From contig CAYYUY010000002.1 of the NCBI GenBank assembly GCA_964474995.1, forward strand, positions 35,755 through 99,754: a DNA stretch of 64,000 nt, written 5' to 3'. This DNA is from an uncultured Candidatus Saccharibacteria bacterium (GTDB lineage: Bacteria > Patescibacteriota > Saccharimonadia > Saccharimonadales > JALRHH01). Both the position numbers and the translations under genes were made by a program. The notes under the pieces were generated by a model. The model was not told where the DNA came from, did not search any database, and saw nothing but the letters and a program-made list of their open reading frames with translations. Of this stretch, positions 31,634 to 39,158 are shown one piece after another (position 1 is the first letter of the stretch; the number at the start of each line of letters is the position of its first letter).

Positions 31634-32259
31634 TAGACGACAGGCTAGACATTCCCTATGAGTCTGTTCATCCAGAAACTAAGCTGGACAAAAAGCTCCG
31701 TTTTTATGCGGAAGCAGACGAGCTATATGAGAAGTTCATCAAAGACATTAATGAATCAAACATGGATGGATTAACTAAGGCAATCTGTCTATTTAACATA
31801 AAGACCCAGTGGCTTGAACGTGCGCTTAACGATTTTTATGACAGGATTGCAATCACGAGCAGCAAGTCCAACCCTTACGTAGTAGGCGAGAAGGCTTCGA
31901 GTAAAGTTGCGAATAGTTTTAAAAGAAATGGTAAAACCGTTGGCTTCGCAGACTTAACACTCGGCACTAAACTGATAGCTCTTAAACTCTTTCGTTATAC
32001 TGACGAGGCTAGTGAGAAAAAGTACCAAGGCTATCTACAAGAGTTAGGTAATTTTGTTAAAAATAGAAACCAAATCATCCATAATCTTTTTACGCAGAAT
32101 CTGGAAACAAAGGACAAGATTAAGACAATCACAGAAGAGCTAATCCGTCTTGAGGTACTACTCTTAGCAACTGACCAGCGTGACAGCTTCTTGGCTAAGT
32201 ATCTCTTCGAGCACATGGGTGAGTATTGGGATTTAACTCTTGGCAATAAAGCATCGTAA
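31630..32259 (+). CDS. HEPN-domain protein (Swt1-like, RNxxxH)
   Basis: LTLGTKLIALKLF...LGNFVKNRNQIIHNLF. R is at 32065-32067 and H at 32080-32082 (Rx4H). The start was set at the ATGA overlap rather than the track start at 31543. Confidence 0.55.
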   Translation: MIDDRLDIPYESVHPETKLDKKLRFYAEADELYEKFIKDINESNMDGLTKAICLFNIKTQWLERALNDFYDRIAITSSKSNPYVVGEKASSKVANSFKRNGKTVGFADLTLGTKLIALKLFRYTDEASEKKYQGYLQELGNFVKNRNQIIHNLFTQNLETKDKIKTITEELIRLEVLLLATDQRDSFLAKYLFEHMGEYWDLTLGNKAS

Positions 32260-32499
32260 AAACTATCTACTTTCTGGGTTGTTAAGTAGTACGTGGGGTA
32301 TGGGAGGGACAGCCAAGCCTAGCGGTTCAAGTCCTGTTTATGGAGTACTACTTTAGGGCGTAAACATGCCGTAACGCTTAAACGAAAACTCCATACCATC
32401 TAGCCCTATGGAATCCACGGAAGCTAACATTTTTGGCTATGTTTAGATGTTACTGTTAGTGCGCTGGTTACGGATATTTAATGATATAATTTTGACAAT

Positions 32500-33483
32500 A
32501 TGCATGAGTTTTTAGTTAAGTTCGTAACGGTCTACAAAAAGCACCCAATACTGTACACAATTCTAGCTTTATTCATTACTGGAGTTACGGCGTTCACTAT
32601 ACTCATTCCACTGTCCATCTTCATGGTAGTCGTAGGCATTTACTATCTGGTCTATTTATTTAAGACACTGGCATACTACAAAACACCAGACTTCCTATCC
32701 ATTAAAGAAAAGCTAGCCGAGAAGATTGTTGAATACAATGAGTTTGACCATTTTATGGATGAGACCCGTGACTATATACGCTCAAAACAGCAAGAGCTTA
32801 CGACTGGAAACGTACGCAACAGTACGCTAACTGTATACAAGAACTCTCAACTTGATGTCTACAAATATATAGTCAAATACTTCTTCAAGAACACTAAAAT
32901 TGATGAGTCCTCTATGCAGATTATCGAAGCAATTCTGCAAAAATATAACACTATCAATCAGACCCACGAGATTCTGACAGACGAGTATAACGAACTAATG
33001 GAATATGTCCAAAAACATATGTACAGAGGTGCTTATATATTCAAGTCTATGACCATGAAGAAGCTAGGCTCACGCAAATTGCCCAAGTTCGAGAAGAACT
33101 ACTATATGTGGTATGCGTTTAACTACACGTCACCAACTAATAGGAAGTCATACAGCAACTCAATCGTGCTTGACGAAGAACGCCTAGAGGATTTCGCCGA
33201 GTTCCTAAACAACTTAATAGCATACAGAAAATCTGCAAAGTTCCAGCGTCAGCTCATGACTCCACGCCTTCGAGAAAGCATTCTGGTGCGCGATAAACAT
33301 ACCTGTAGGTCTTGCGGTATATCCACGCAAAAAGAAGCACATTTACTACTTGAGGTTGACCACATCATGCCTATTGCTAAGGGTGGTATAACGATAGAGA
33401 CAAACTTGCAGACGTTATGCTGGAAGTGCAACAGAACGAAGGGTGCTAAGGTTTTGACAGAAGCCATCCCTGTTCCTGCGTGA
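32500..33483 (+). CDS. 2-TM membrane protein with C-terminal HNH nuclease domain
   Basis: Two N-terminal TM helices and a ~190-aa unknown middle region. The C-terminus CRSCG...EVDHIMPIAKGG...NLQTLCWKCNRTKG is a canonical HNH (His-Me finger). Confidence 0.7.
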   Translation: MHEFLVKFVTVYKKHPILYTILALFITGVTAFTILIPLSIFMVVVGIYYLVYLFKTLAYYKTPDFLSIKEKLAEKIVEYNEFDHFMDETRDYIRSKQQELTTGNVRNSTLTVYKNSQLDVYKYIVKYFFKNTKIDESSMQIIEAILQKYNTINQTHEILTDEYNELMEYVQKHMYRGAYIFKSMTMKKLGSRKLPKFEKNYYMWYAFNYTSPTNRKSYSNSIVLDEERLEDFAEFLNNLIAYRKSAKFQRQLMTPRLRESILVRDKHTCRSCGISTQKEAHLLLEVDHIMPIAKGGITIETNLQTLCWKCNRTKGAKVLTEAIPVPA

Positions 33484-33636
33484 CTTATAGGCTACTTTCA
33501 GAACTGTTTTATAACTATAAGCAATACCATAACAATAACATAAGCATAAAGCCCAAATCACCCCTTAGTTACTCTTTAAAATCGGCGGATTCTAGCAGTT
33601 TTTGGATATCTACTTTTATATGATATATGCGTATGT

Positions 33637-34371
33637 CTACAGTAATGATTTAACGAGTTTCGTAGCGTTGTCTTCAAGGGCTTTATTAGCGTTAGACAAT
33701 CTAGAGGTTACAAACATCATACCCTCTATTTCTGTACGTGGGTCTTTGCCCATAGTTTGAAGCATGAGTTTTGAGTACTCCCACATGAGCGTACCGCCAA
33801 GCCCTTTACTGCCATCGTTTTTGCCGAGTGGTAAATCTCCATACTTTTTAACAATGCCTACTATGTGTGAGCCAAAAGCATCCCTATGGGTGTCGTCTGT
33901 ATCGCCGTCAGACAGATGCTTGAATATGTCACCAGTAACTAGCTCAATAGTACTTCTACCTTTGTATGATGGCACACCATGAGCACTGAATCGCTTCATA
34001 AGCATCAGCACACAGAACGCTACAACTAGACCCATAACCTCAGTAGCTTGTTCATCATTAAAACCGATTTGTTTTTTGAGGTCATCAGATACTTTTGCCG
34101 ACAAGAAAGATAATGTGTATGCATAAGCCTCTGGCTCATTTCTTGACTCAGTTGATGTGCTATCGCCCATCTTCTTGTTTTTGCCTACACGGTTCTTTAT
34201 AGCCTGAACTGCCGACACAATCCATAGGATAAGAATCACTATGTATAGCAGGCTATTAGCAAGTGCTCCATAAAATATGTCATGAGGAATAATAAAAATA
34301 GTAACCAGGAATAAACCCAGGCCAATTAAAAATAACTGGTAAGGTTTTAAGTGTTTCTTTTGTTTGACCAT
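33637..34371 (-). CDS. 2-TM membrane protein with soluble C-terminal domain, unknown function
   Basis: The start was set at MVKQKK, preceded by AAGGGG. Two TM helices are followed by a ~170-aa domain with no recognised motif. Confidence 0.5.
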   Translation of the reverse strand: MVKQKKHLKPYQLFLIGLGLFLVTIFIIPHDIFYGALANSLLYIVILILWIVSAVQAIKNRVGKNKKMGDSTSTESRNEPEAYAYTLSFLSAKVSDDLKKQIGFNDEQATEVMGLVVAFCVLMLMKRFSAHGVPSYKGRSTIELVTGDIFKHLSDGDTDDTHRDAFGSHIVGIVKKYGDLPLGKNDGSKGLGGTLMWEYSKLMLQTMGKDPRTEIEGMMFVTSRLSNANKALEDNATKLVKSLL

Positions 34372-34411
34372 GCTATTTCCCCTTAAAATAAAAAGCGACA
34401 ACCCACTAGGC

Positions 34412-34524
34412 TGTCTAGGTCAAACACAAAGAGTTGAGCTCTCTGAGTCTTTCGTGAGTTGCCGCATTTAATGCTCAACTACACGTGAAGAACTCACGCT
34501 TATTCTTTGTGTATAACCTAGACA
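34412..34524. repeat. 113-bp nested/interleaved inverted-repeat element in the intergenic region
   Basis: Outer arms are 34412-34432 and 34504-34524 (19/21 complementary). Inner pairs are GTTGAGC (34433-39)/GCTCAAC (34473-79) and CGTGAGTT (34453-60)/AACTCACG (34491-98), arranged a-b-a'-b'. Confidence 0.8.
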
Positions 34525-34703
34525 ATTACGATTATACAATAATACATCCAAAACTTGTGTTTTTAGGTCAAAAGTTAACTAATTTGGTCGCTAAAATTCG
34601 TTTATAAATCAAAAGATGAGTATGAACCCATCTCAGAAATAAAAATGCAAAAAATGAATCAAGTCCAGGGGTGATTTCGACAATGTTGGGGCATTATAAC
34701 GGG

Positions 34704-35576
34704 CTATGGGTATAGCGGTTTGTTCGAGTCAAAGGTGTGTATGAGTTCAAGGGCTTTTACCTTTTTCGGCTTGTCTACAAAGTTCAATGCAAGGTAGGGT
34801 ATGATTGCGCTCGTAGTTTTAATGCTTAGCCTGCACCGCTTGATTACGGCTAGCTTTAATCTTCGTTTGTCTTTATCCCTTAATGTCAAATCATATTTAA
34901 TACGGTTGAAGGCCAATTCGTACTTGCTATACAGTGCTATCAGATACACAGATGGAATATATGTAAACGATAGGATGATAGGCAACAAAAACAGTTCAAG
35001 GTTTTGATATGTAAAGAGCGAGGTAGGATTTTTTGTAAAGGCCATGAATGAGAACAGTATTATTAATAAACCTATAAATACTTGCACTCCATTGAGTACC
35101 TTACGGGTAAGCTCAATACCGTCTACTTTTTGATACTTTGCTACCGTAGCCAGTAATACGATAAATGTTACAAATGGCACTAGTAACAGCTCTGCCCATA
35201 ACGGAAATACGTAAAACCAAATGAAGAACTCAAGCACGACCACTAACGCTAGGGATTCTTTTGCGGTCTGTTTGTACAGTGTCCTCAAATCTTTGACACT
35301 ATTAAACTTGCCGAACATTATTATGCCCGTACCGATGACCCAATAGATTGTTTCCTTGAGAACTGATAAGTCCCAAAGATTGAGGTATGCTAGTAACCAA
35401 ACAACTAATACGGTGGGTATGAATGATAGCAGCAATGGTAAAAGTATTGGTAAAGCTGCTTTGGGGATGGGCGCAAAGGCCGTCCGTACAACTTTAAAAC
35501 AGACAGCAAATACTATCAGCGCTACTAGCCACAATCCTACGGCAATCTCTCTGTTATTAAAGAGACCGTCCATCAC
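34704..35576 (-). CDS. About 7-TM membrane protein with basic cytoplasmic tail (partner of a HEPN-like protein)
   Basis: 290 aa, about seven hydrophobic helices, C-terminal KDKRRLKLAVIKRCR region. Its ATG overlaps the upstream stop (ATGA at 35573-35576). Confidence 0.6.
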   Translation of the reverse strand: MMDGLFNNREIAVGLWLVALIVFAVCFKVVRTAFAPIPKAALPILLPLLLSFIPTVLVVWLLAYLNLWDLSVLKETIYWVIGTGIIMFGKFNSVKDLRTLYKQTAKESLALVVVLEFFIWFYVFPLWAELLLVPFVTFIVLLATVAKYQKVDGIELTRKVLNGVQVFIGLLIILFSFMAFTKNPTSLFTYQNLELFLLPIILSFTYIPSVYLIALYSKYELAFNRIKYDLTLRDKDKRRLKLAVIKRCRLSIKTTSAIIPYLALNFVDKPKKVKALELIHTFDSNKPLYP

Positions 35577-36130
35577 GCCTCTGGGCTGTTTTTGGTGATT
35601 ATCTCTGCTGACTGTTGGTAAATAGTAACCGTTTCGCCATCAATCTCTATTTTGCCACCCAATACCATTGTCCACATTATTGTTTCGGCGGTTGTAATGT
35701 ATGTATCTATTTGTTGAGCAGTTAGTTCAGTTGACCCCATTTTTACACCACTGTCGGTAAAGACTATTTGTACTAATAACTTATCGTTCAATCCTATAGC
35801 CTGACCTCGCTTGCCCTTACTGCGGTCTTCTTCGCCCCTGCTGTCATGCCTTAGATGATTACGGAATTGCCTGATTGTTTCGCCAGTAGGCAATGTTACG
35901 CCTCTATTCCTTAGCTGTACTTCTATGCTGTCTAGGTGTTCTAGCAGTGCAGATAACTCATAGGTACACTTATCTATGCCACCACCCAAAACCATCTTGT
36001 GCGTTTTCATCATTCTTTGCGCCTCTAAATAGCGTTCTAGTTGGATTTTTGCACCTGTAATATACGGTCTGGTTGTGGCAAGCATTATTTGTGGGTTAGT
36101 TGCCATGTAATCATTATCCTTCTTGACCAT
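35573..36130 (-). CDS. HEPN-like protein (Rx4H: FRNHLRHD) with extra C-terminal domain
   Basis: The RNHLRH motif is encoded at 35846-35863, checked by hand. The start was set at MVKKDND, 2 nt after the excisionase-like gene's stop. Confidence 0.45.
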   Translation of the reverse strand: MVKKDNDYMATNPQIMLATTRPYITGAKIQLERYLEAQRMMKTHKMVLGGGIDKCTYELSALLEHLDSIEVQLRNRGVTLPTGETIRQFRNHLRHDSRGEEDRSKGKRGQAIGLNDKLLVQIVFTDSGVKMGSTELTAQQIDTYITTAETIMWTMVLGGKIEIDGETVTIYQQSAEIITKNSPEA

Positions 36131-36132
36131 AT

Positions 36133-36315
36133 CTACTTGTTGGCCTCGATAAACTTTAGGACATCTGATTTCTTCCAACGCCGTATGTTGCGCTTGCCAA
36201 TACGTACAGCTTTAAGCGTACCGTCTTTATCCCAGTTGCGTAATGTATTTGGATGTACCTTTAATATCTTCACCACTTCTGGCATGGTTAGATACTCTGG
36301 TAGTTCATTTTCCAT
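36133..36315 (-). CDS. Excisionase/AlpA-like MerR-type HTH protein (candidate recombination directionality factor)
   Basis: 60 aa. LTMPEVVKILKVHPNTLRNWDKDGTLKAVRIGKRNIRRWKKSDV matches the HTH_17/Xis pattern. It is divergent from the LSR gene. Confidence 0.65.
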   Translation of the reverse strand: MENELPEYLTMPEVVKILKVHPNTLRNWDKDGTLKAVRIGKRNIRRWKKSDVLKFIEANK

Positions 36316-36372
36316 ATAACAATAGTTTACATTAGATTATAATTTTTGTACACTATTATCAGGAATTGTTAT

Positions 36373-38241
36373 ATGCCAAAAGGTACAACCAATCGTCAAA
36401 AACGCAATAAAGTTCTCATAGATGAGACAGAACTTGCAAGCGTGCAAGAACAGACGTTCACCTCTGAATATCGTGATAAAGCCTTTGGCAATAGCGAGCG
36501 TAGTGTTAATGAGTTGCTAGACTACTTCTCTGCTACTACGCAGGGTACAAAAAAGATACTGCCTAAAGAAAAGCGCCGTTACGTTGTATACCTACGTAAG
36601 TCTACTGACGATGAGGCTAAGCAAGTACGTTCGCTAGATGACCAGCGTGCAGAGTGTTTACGATATGCAGCCAACGTACTAAAAGTTACTATCCGTGAAG
36701 AAGATATTTTAGTGGAAAGTGCCTCTGCTAAAACTTCTGGCAACCGTCCTATCTTTGACGCTATGTTGCAGGGATTCAGAACTGGTAAATATCAGGGGCT
36801 TATATCGTGGTCGCCTGACCGCATCTCTCGTAACATGAAAGAGGCTGGTGAGGTCATCGAGATGATTGACCATGAAGAAATACAAGACCTCGCCTTTGTG
36901 ACATACCAGTTTGATAACTCGCCAAACGGCAAAATGATGCTAGGCATTCTGTTTGCTACATCTAAGCAATACTCCGACAAACTAGCAGTAGATGTAAAAA
37001 GGGGTACTGTGGGTAACATCGTAGAGGGCAAGTATAACGGTGTACTAAAAAAGGGCTACTATGTTGATGCTGTAACTGGCTACTTTACACCTGATGAATA
37101 TAACTGGAACGTGTTACGCAAAGCGGTAGATATGAGGCTGTATGAGGGTAAGAGCAATACTGACATCGCAGACTTCTTGAACAGTGCTAAACTCACTGAA
37201 CGCAAGAACCAAGACGAACAGTCTAAGCTTGTAAAAGTTACTAAACAAATGGTAGGTAATATCTTTGAAGATTCATTCTACTGTGGGCTGTACAAATATG
37301 GTGACAACCTCGCAAATCTAGTAGACCTATATAACTTCAAGCCTCTTATAACAGCAGATGAATATATACAACTCAATGCTGATGTCGCAAAGGACTTTGG
37401 TAGAACTACGAGCGTAAAGACAAACCGCAATCAGCGGCTAGATTATGGCTTGCTGCACAACAAAGTCATTTGTGATTACTGTGATACTGCTATGCAATTT
37501 CAACATACGCCTATTAAGCGTGGTAAGAACGCTGGCAAGTGGGTGATTAGCTTCTATTGCCGCAATAGGGCTTGTTTGCGCCACAATTCAGCGGAGCAAA
37601 AGAGTTTGGGTGTCAAACTATCTAAAAGTATTCGTGGCAAGTACGTCTTAGCAGGCATTGAATGGCAGCTACGCCATCTCACTAAAAAGAGTGAGCAAGC
37701 ATATCGTATGCATATCAACAGTCTAGAGCAGCGTATTGCTGCCGATAGGAGCATTCTAAACCGCAAACTTGCCGAAGCTAAGCAGTCACTCAAGAATAAC
37801 GAACAGCAGTATGCACGATATCAGGAGTTTCAAGTTAACAGCCCTATTGACTACAAAAAGTATCACGAGGGCAAACTAGAGCAATACCAACAGCTGATAC
37901 ACCTAGACGAAGAAGCTATAACGGATAATAAAGCCGAACTGGCTAAACTTGACGTAGCACTGCCTACAGAGCAAGAGTTTTACGAACTCACACGTTCTAA
38001 GGTGTTAGATATGCTAAAAACAACAGACATCATGACTCTAGACACTATATGCAGTGAGTTTGTTACGAACCTACGTGCAGGCAATGACTTTACCTCTGTT
38101 ATAAAACTAAAACCACCATACGATAATATGGTGGAATTAGGTTCTGTAACTACTGGTCGGGGTGAAAGGACTCAAACCTTCGACCTCTCGGTCCCAAACC
38201 GAGCGCGCTATCAACTGCGCCACACCCCGATGGGCCTATGA
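36373..38241 (+). CDS. Large serine recombinase (integrase) LSR2, with ~65-aa N-terminal extension
   Basis: YVVYLRKSTDDEAKQVRSLDDQ (catalytic Ser), SWSPDRISRN, recombinase domain, Cys-rich zinc ribbon (CDYCDTAM...CRNRAC) and a long coiled coil. The last 29 codons are antisense to tRNA-Pro. The start was set at the ATG (36373) rather than the TTG (36346). Confidence 0.85.
   Translation: MPKGTTNRQKRNKVLIDETELASVQEQTFTSEYRDKAFGNSERSVNELLDYFSATTQGTKKILPKEKRRYVVYLRKSTDDEAKQVRSLDDQRAECLRYAANVLKVTIREEDILVESASAKTSGNRPIFDAMLQGFRTGKYQGLISWSPDRISRNMKEAGEVIEMIDHEEIQDLAFVTYQFDNSPNGKMMLGILFATSKQYSDKLAVDVKRGTVGNIVEGKYNGVLKKGYYVDAVTGYFTPDEYNWNVLRKAVDMRLYEGKSNTDIADFLNSAKLTERKNQDEQSKLVKVTKQMVGNIFEDSFYCGLYKYGDNLANLVDLYNFKPLITADEYIQLNADVAKDFGRTTSVKTNRNQRLDYGLLHNKVICDYCDTAMQFQHTPIKRGKNAGKWVISFYCRNRACLRHNSAEQKSLGVKLSKSIRGKYVLAGIEWQLRHLTKKSEQAYRMHINSLEQRIAADRSILNRKLAEAKQSLKNNEQQYARYQEFQVNSPIDYKKYHEGKLEQYQQLIHLDEEAITDNKAELAKLDVALPTEQEFYELTRSKVLDMLKTTDIMTLDTICSEFVTNLRAGNDFTSVIKLKPPYDNMVELGSVTTGRGERTQTFDLSVPNRARYQLRHTPMGL
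38154..38229 (-). tRNA. tRNA-Pro(TGG), CCA encoded
   Basis: Hand fold: CGGGGTG/TG/GCGC-AGTTGATA-GCGC/G/CTCGG-TTTGGGA-CCGAG/AGGTC/GAAGG-TTTGAGT-CCTTT/CACCCCG/A/CCA. It has an unusual A19 and U56. Confidence 0.85.
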
Positions 38242-38357
38242 GACAAACCTGCGGTTTTTCTCATCGCACTGGGCTTTGGCTGAGCCAAAGTCTCAGGCTG
38301 CTCTTTTCCCTAGGAATAAAAGCGTTAGACCGACAAATTATATCCTATTATCCCCTG

Positions 38358-39158
38358 TTAGTCGACTATTTTTTGGATTTGGATAATAGATCGTGCGAGG
38401 CCTGTCACTTCATCAACATCAACAAGCACTGCATTGAACTGCATTGGCCCCGTGAGTTCAAGATCGTTACGGAGGACCTTGTGATCGCGCCACCGGCTAA
38501 TGATAACCGAATGTTTAACACCCAGGCTTGAGTGGAGTGCGCCACACATACCAACGTCTGTTATGTGGGCCGTACCCTCGGGCAACACCATAGCGTCGGC
38601 AGTTGGCACGTGCCAATGATCCCCCACGACAGCACTAACTCGTCCGTCCAAATAGTAACCAATGACAACTTTTTCACTACTGTAATCACCGTGCAGATTC
38701 ACAACTGTTGCGACTTTTGGAACGTCTTTTTGGGACTCCAATATTTCGTCAATAACTTTCAAAGGATTGTCGACTGGCTTTGCAGAATCTTTACCAACAA
38801 TCTGTCCAAGCAGACTTACCACCAATACACTTCCATGTGTCGTACTGACATATTTCCAACCAAGGCCCGGTGTATCGATTGGGTAATTTGCAGGGCGAAT
38901 AACCGGCTGGTTTGGGTCACTAAGCACAGGATAAATCTCTGGGAGATGCGTTGTATGGTTACCACCAGTGAAGAAATCAACCCCGTTCTTTTTCAGAAAA
39001 TTAAAATCTGCGAGCGTCAAACCCTTGGCATTACTAACATTTTCACCCTGTGCAATCACAAGATCAACTGCATGTTCATTACGAAGTGATGGTAATACCT
39101 TCCGTACAACTTCAATGCCCCGCTCTCCCATGATGTCACCGATATAGAGAATATGCAT
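38358..39158 (-). CDS. YmdB-like metallophosphoesterase (TIGR00282 family)
   Basis: MHILYIGDIMGERG, GENVSNAKG, GGNHT and NLHGD blocks. Confidence 0.8.
   Translation of the reverse strand: MHILYIGDIMGERGIEVVRKVLPSLRNEHAVDLVIAQGENVSNAKGLTLADFNFLKKNGVDFFTGGNHTTHLPEIYPVLSDPNQPVIRPANYPIDTPGLGWKYVSTTHGSVLVVSLLGQIVGKDSAKPVDNPLKVIDEILESQKDVPKVATVVNLHGDYSSEKVVIGYYLDGRVSAVVGDHWHVPTADAMVLPEGTAHITDVGMCGALHSSLGVKHSVIISRWRDHKVLRNDLELTGPMQFNAVLVDVDEVTGLARSIIQIQKIVD

Larger units (their letters stand above)
28843..38169. mobile_element. Integrated element 2 (~9.3 kb), LSR-type, inserted at the 3' end of tRNA-Pro(TGG)
   Basis: The 13-bp direct repeat TCGGGGTGAAAGG sits at 28843-28855 and 38157-38169 (the tRNA-Pro 3' end). 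An LSR and an excisionase-like gene lie at the tRNA-proximal end. Composition is mosaic: hand-counted GC is 60% at 29101-29200 and 37% at 32501-32600, against 54% at 47001-47100. Confidence 0.6.

Noticed and set aside
32284-32353. tRNA-like element: a 9-bp stem (AAGTAGTAC/GTACTACTT) enclosing a T-loop-like GGTTCAAGTCC (32324-32334)
   Set aside because: I could not fold D, anticodon or T arms. The T stem has only 3 of 5 pairs, and 7 extra nt separate it from the closing stem. It may be a decayed tRNA or att fragment or a leader structure of the HNH gene, but a call is not supportable.
36316-36372. TTTACA...TATAAT pair as the LSR2 promoter, and the TTG start at 36346
   Set aside because: The spacing between TTTACA (36326-36331) and TATAAT (36338-36343) is only 6 nt, so it is not a valid -35/-10 pair. 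The TATAAT alone may still act as a promoter, but I cannot support a call. The first ATG (36373) is preferred as the start.
38162-38531. ORFs 38162-38386 and 38238-38531 on the plus strand
   Set aside because: The first is an alternative frame across tRNA-Pro. The second is antisense to the 3' end of the YmdB-like gene. Neither has a start context or motifs.
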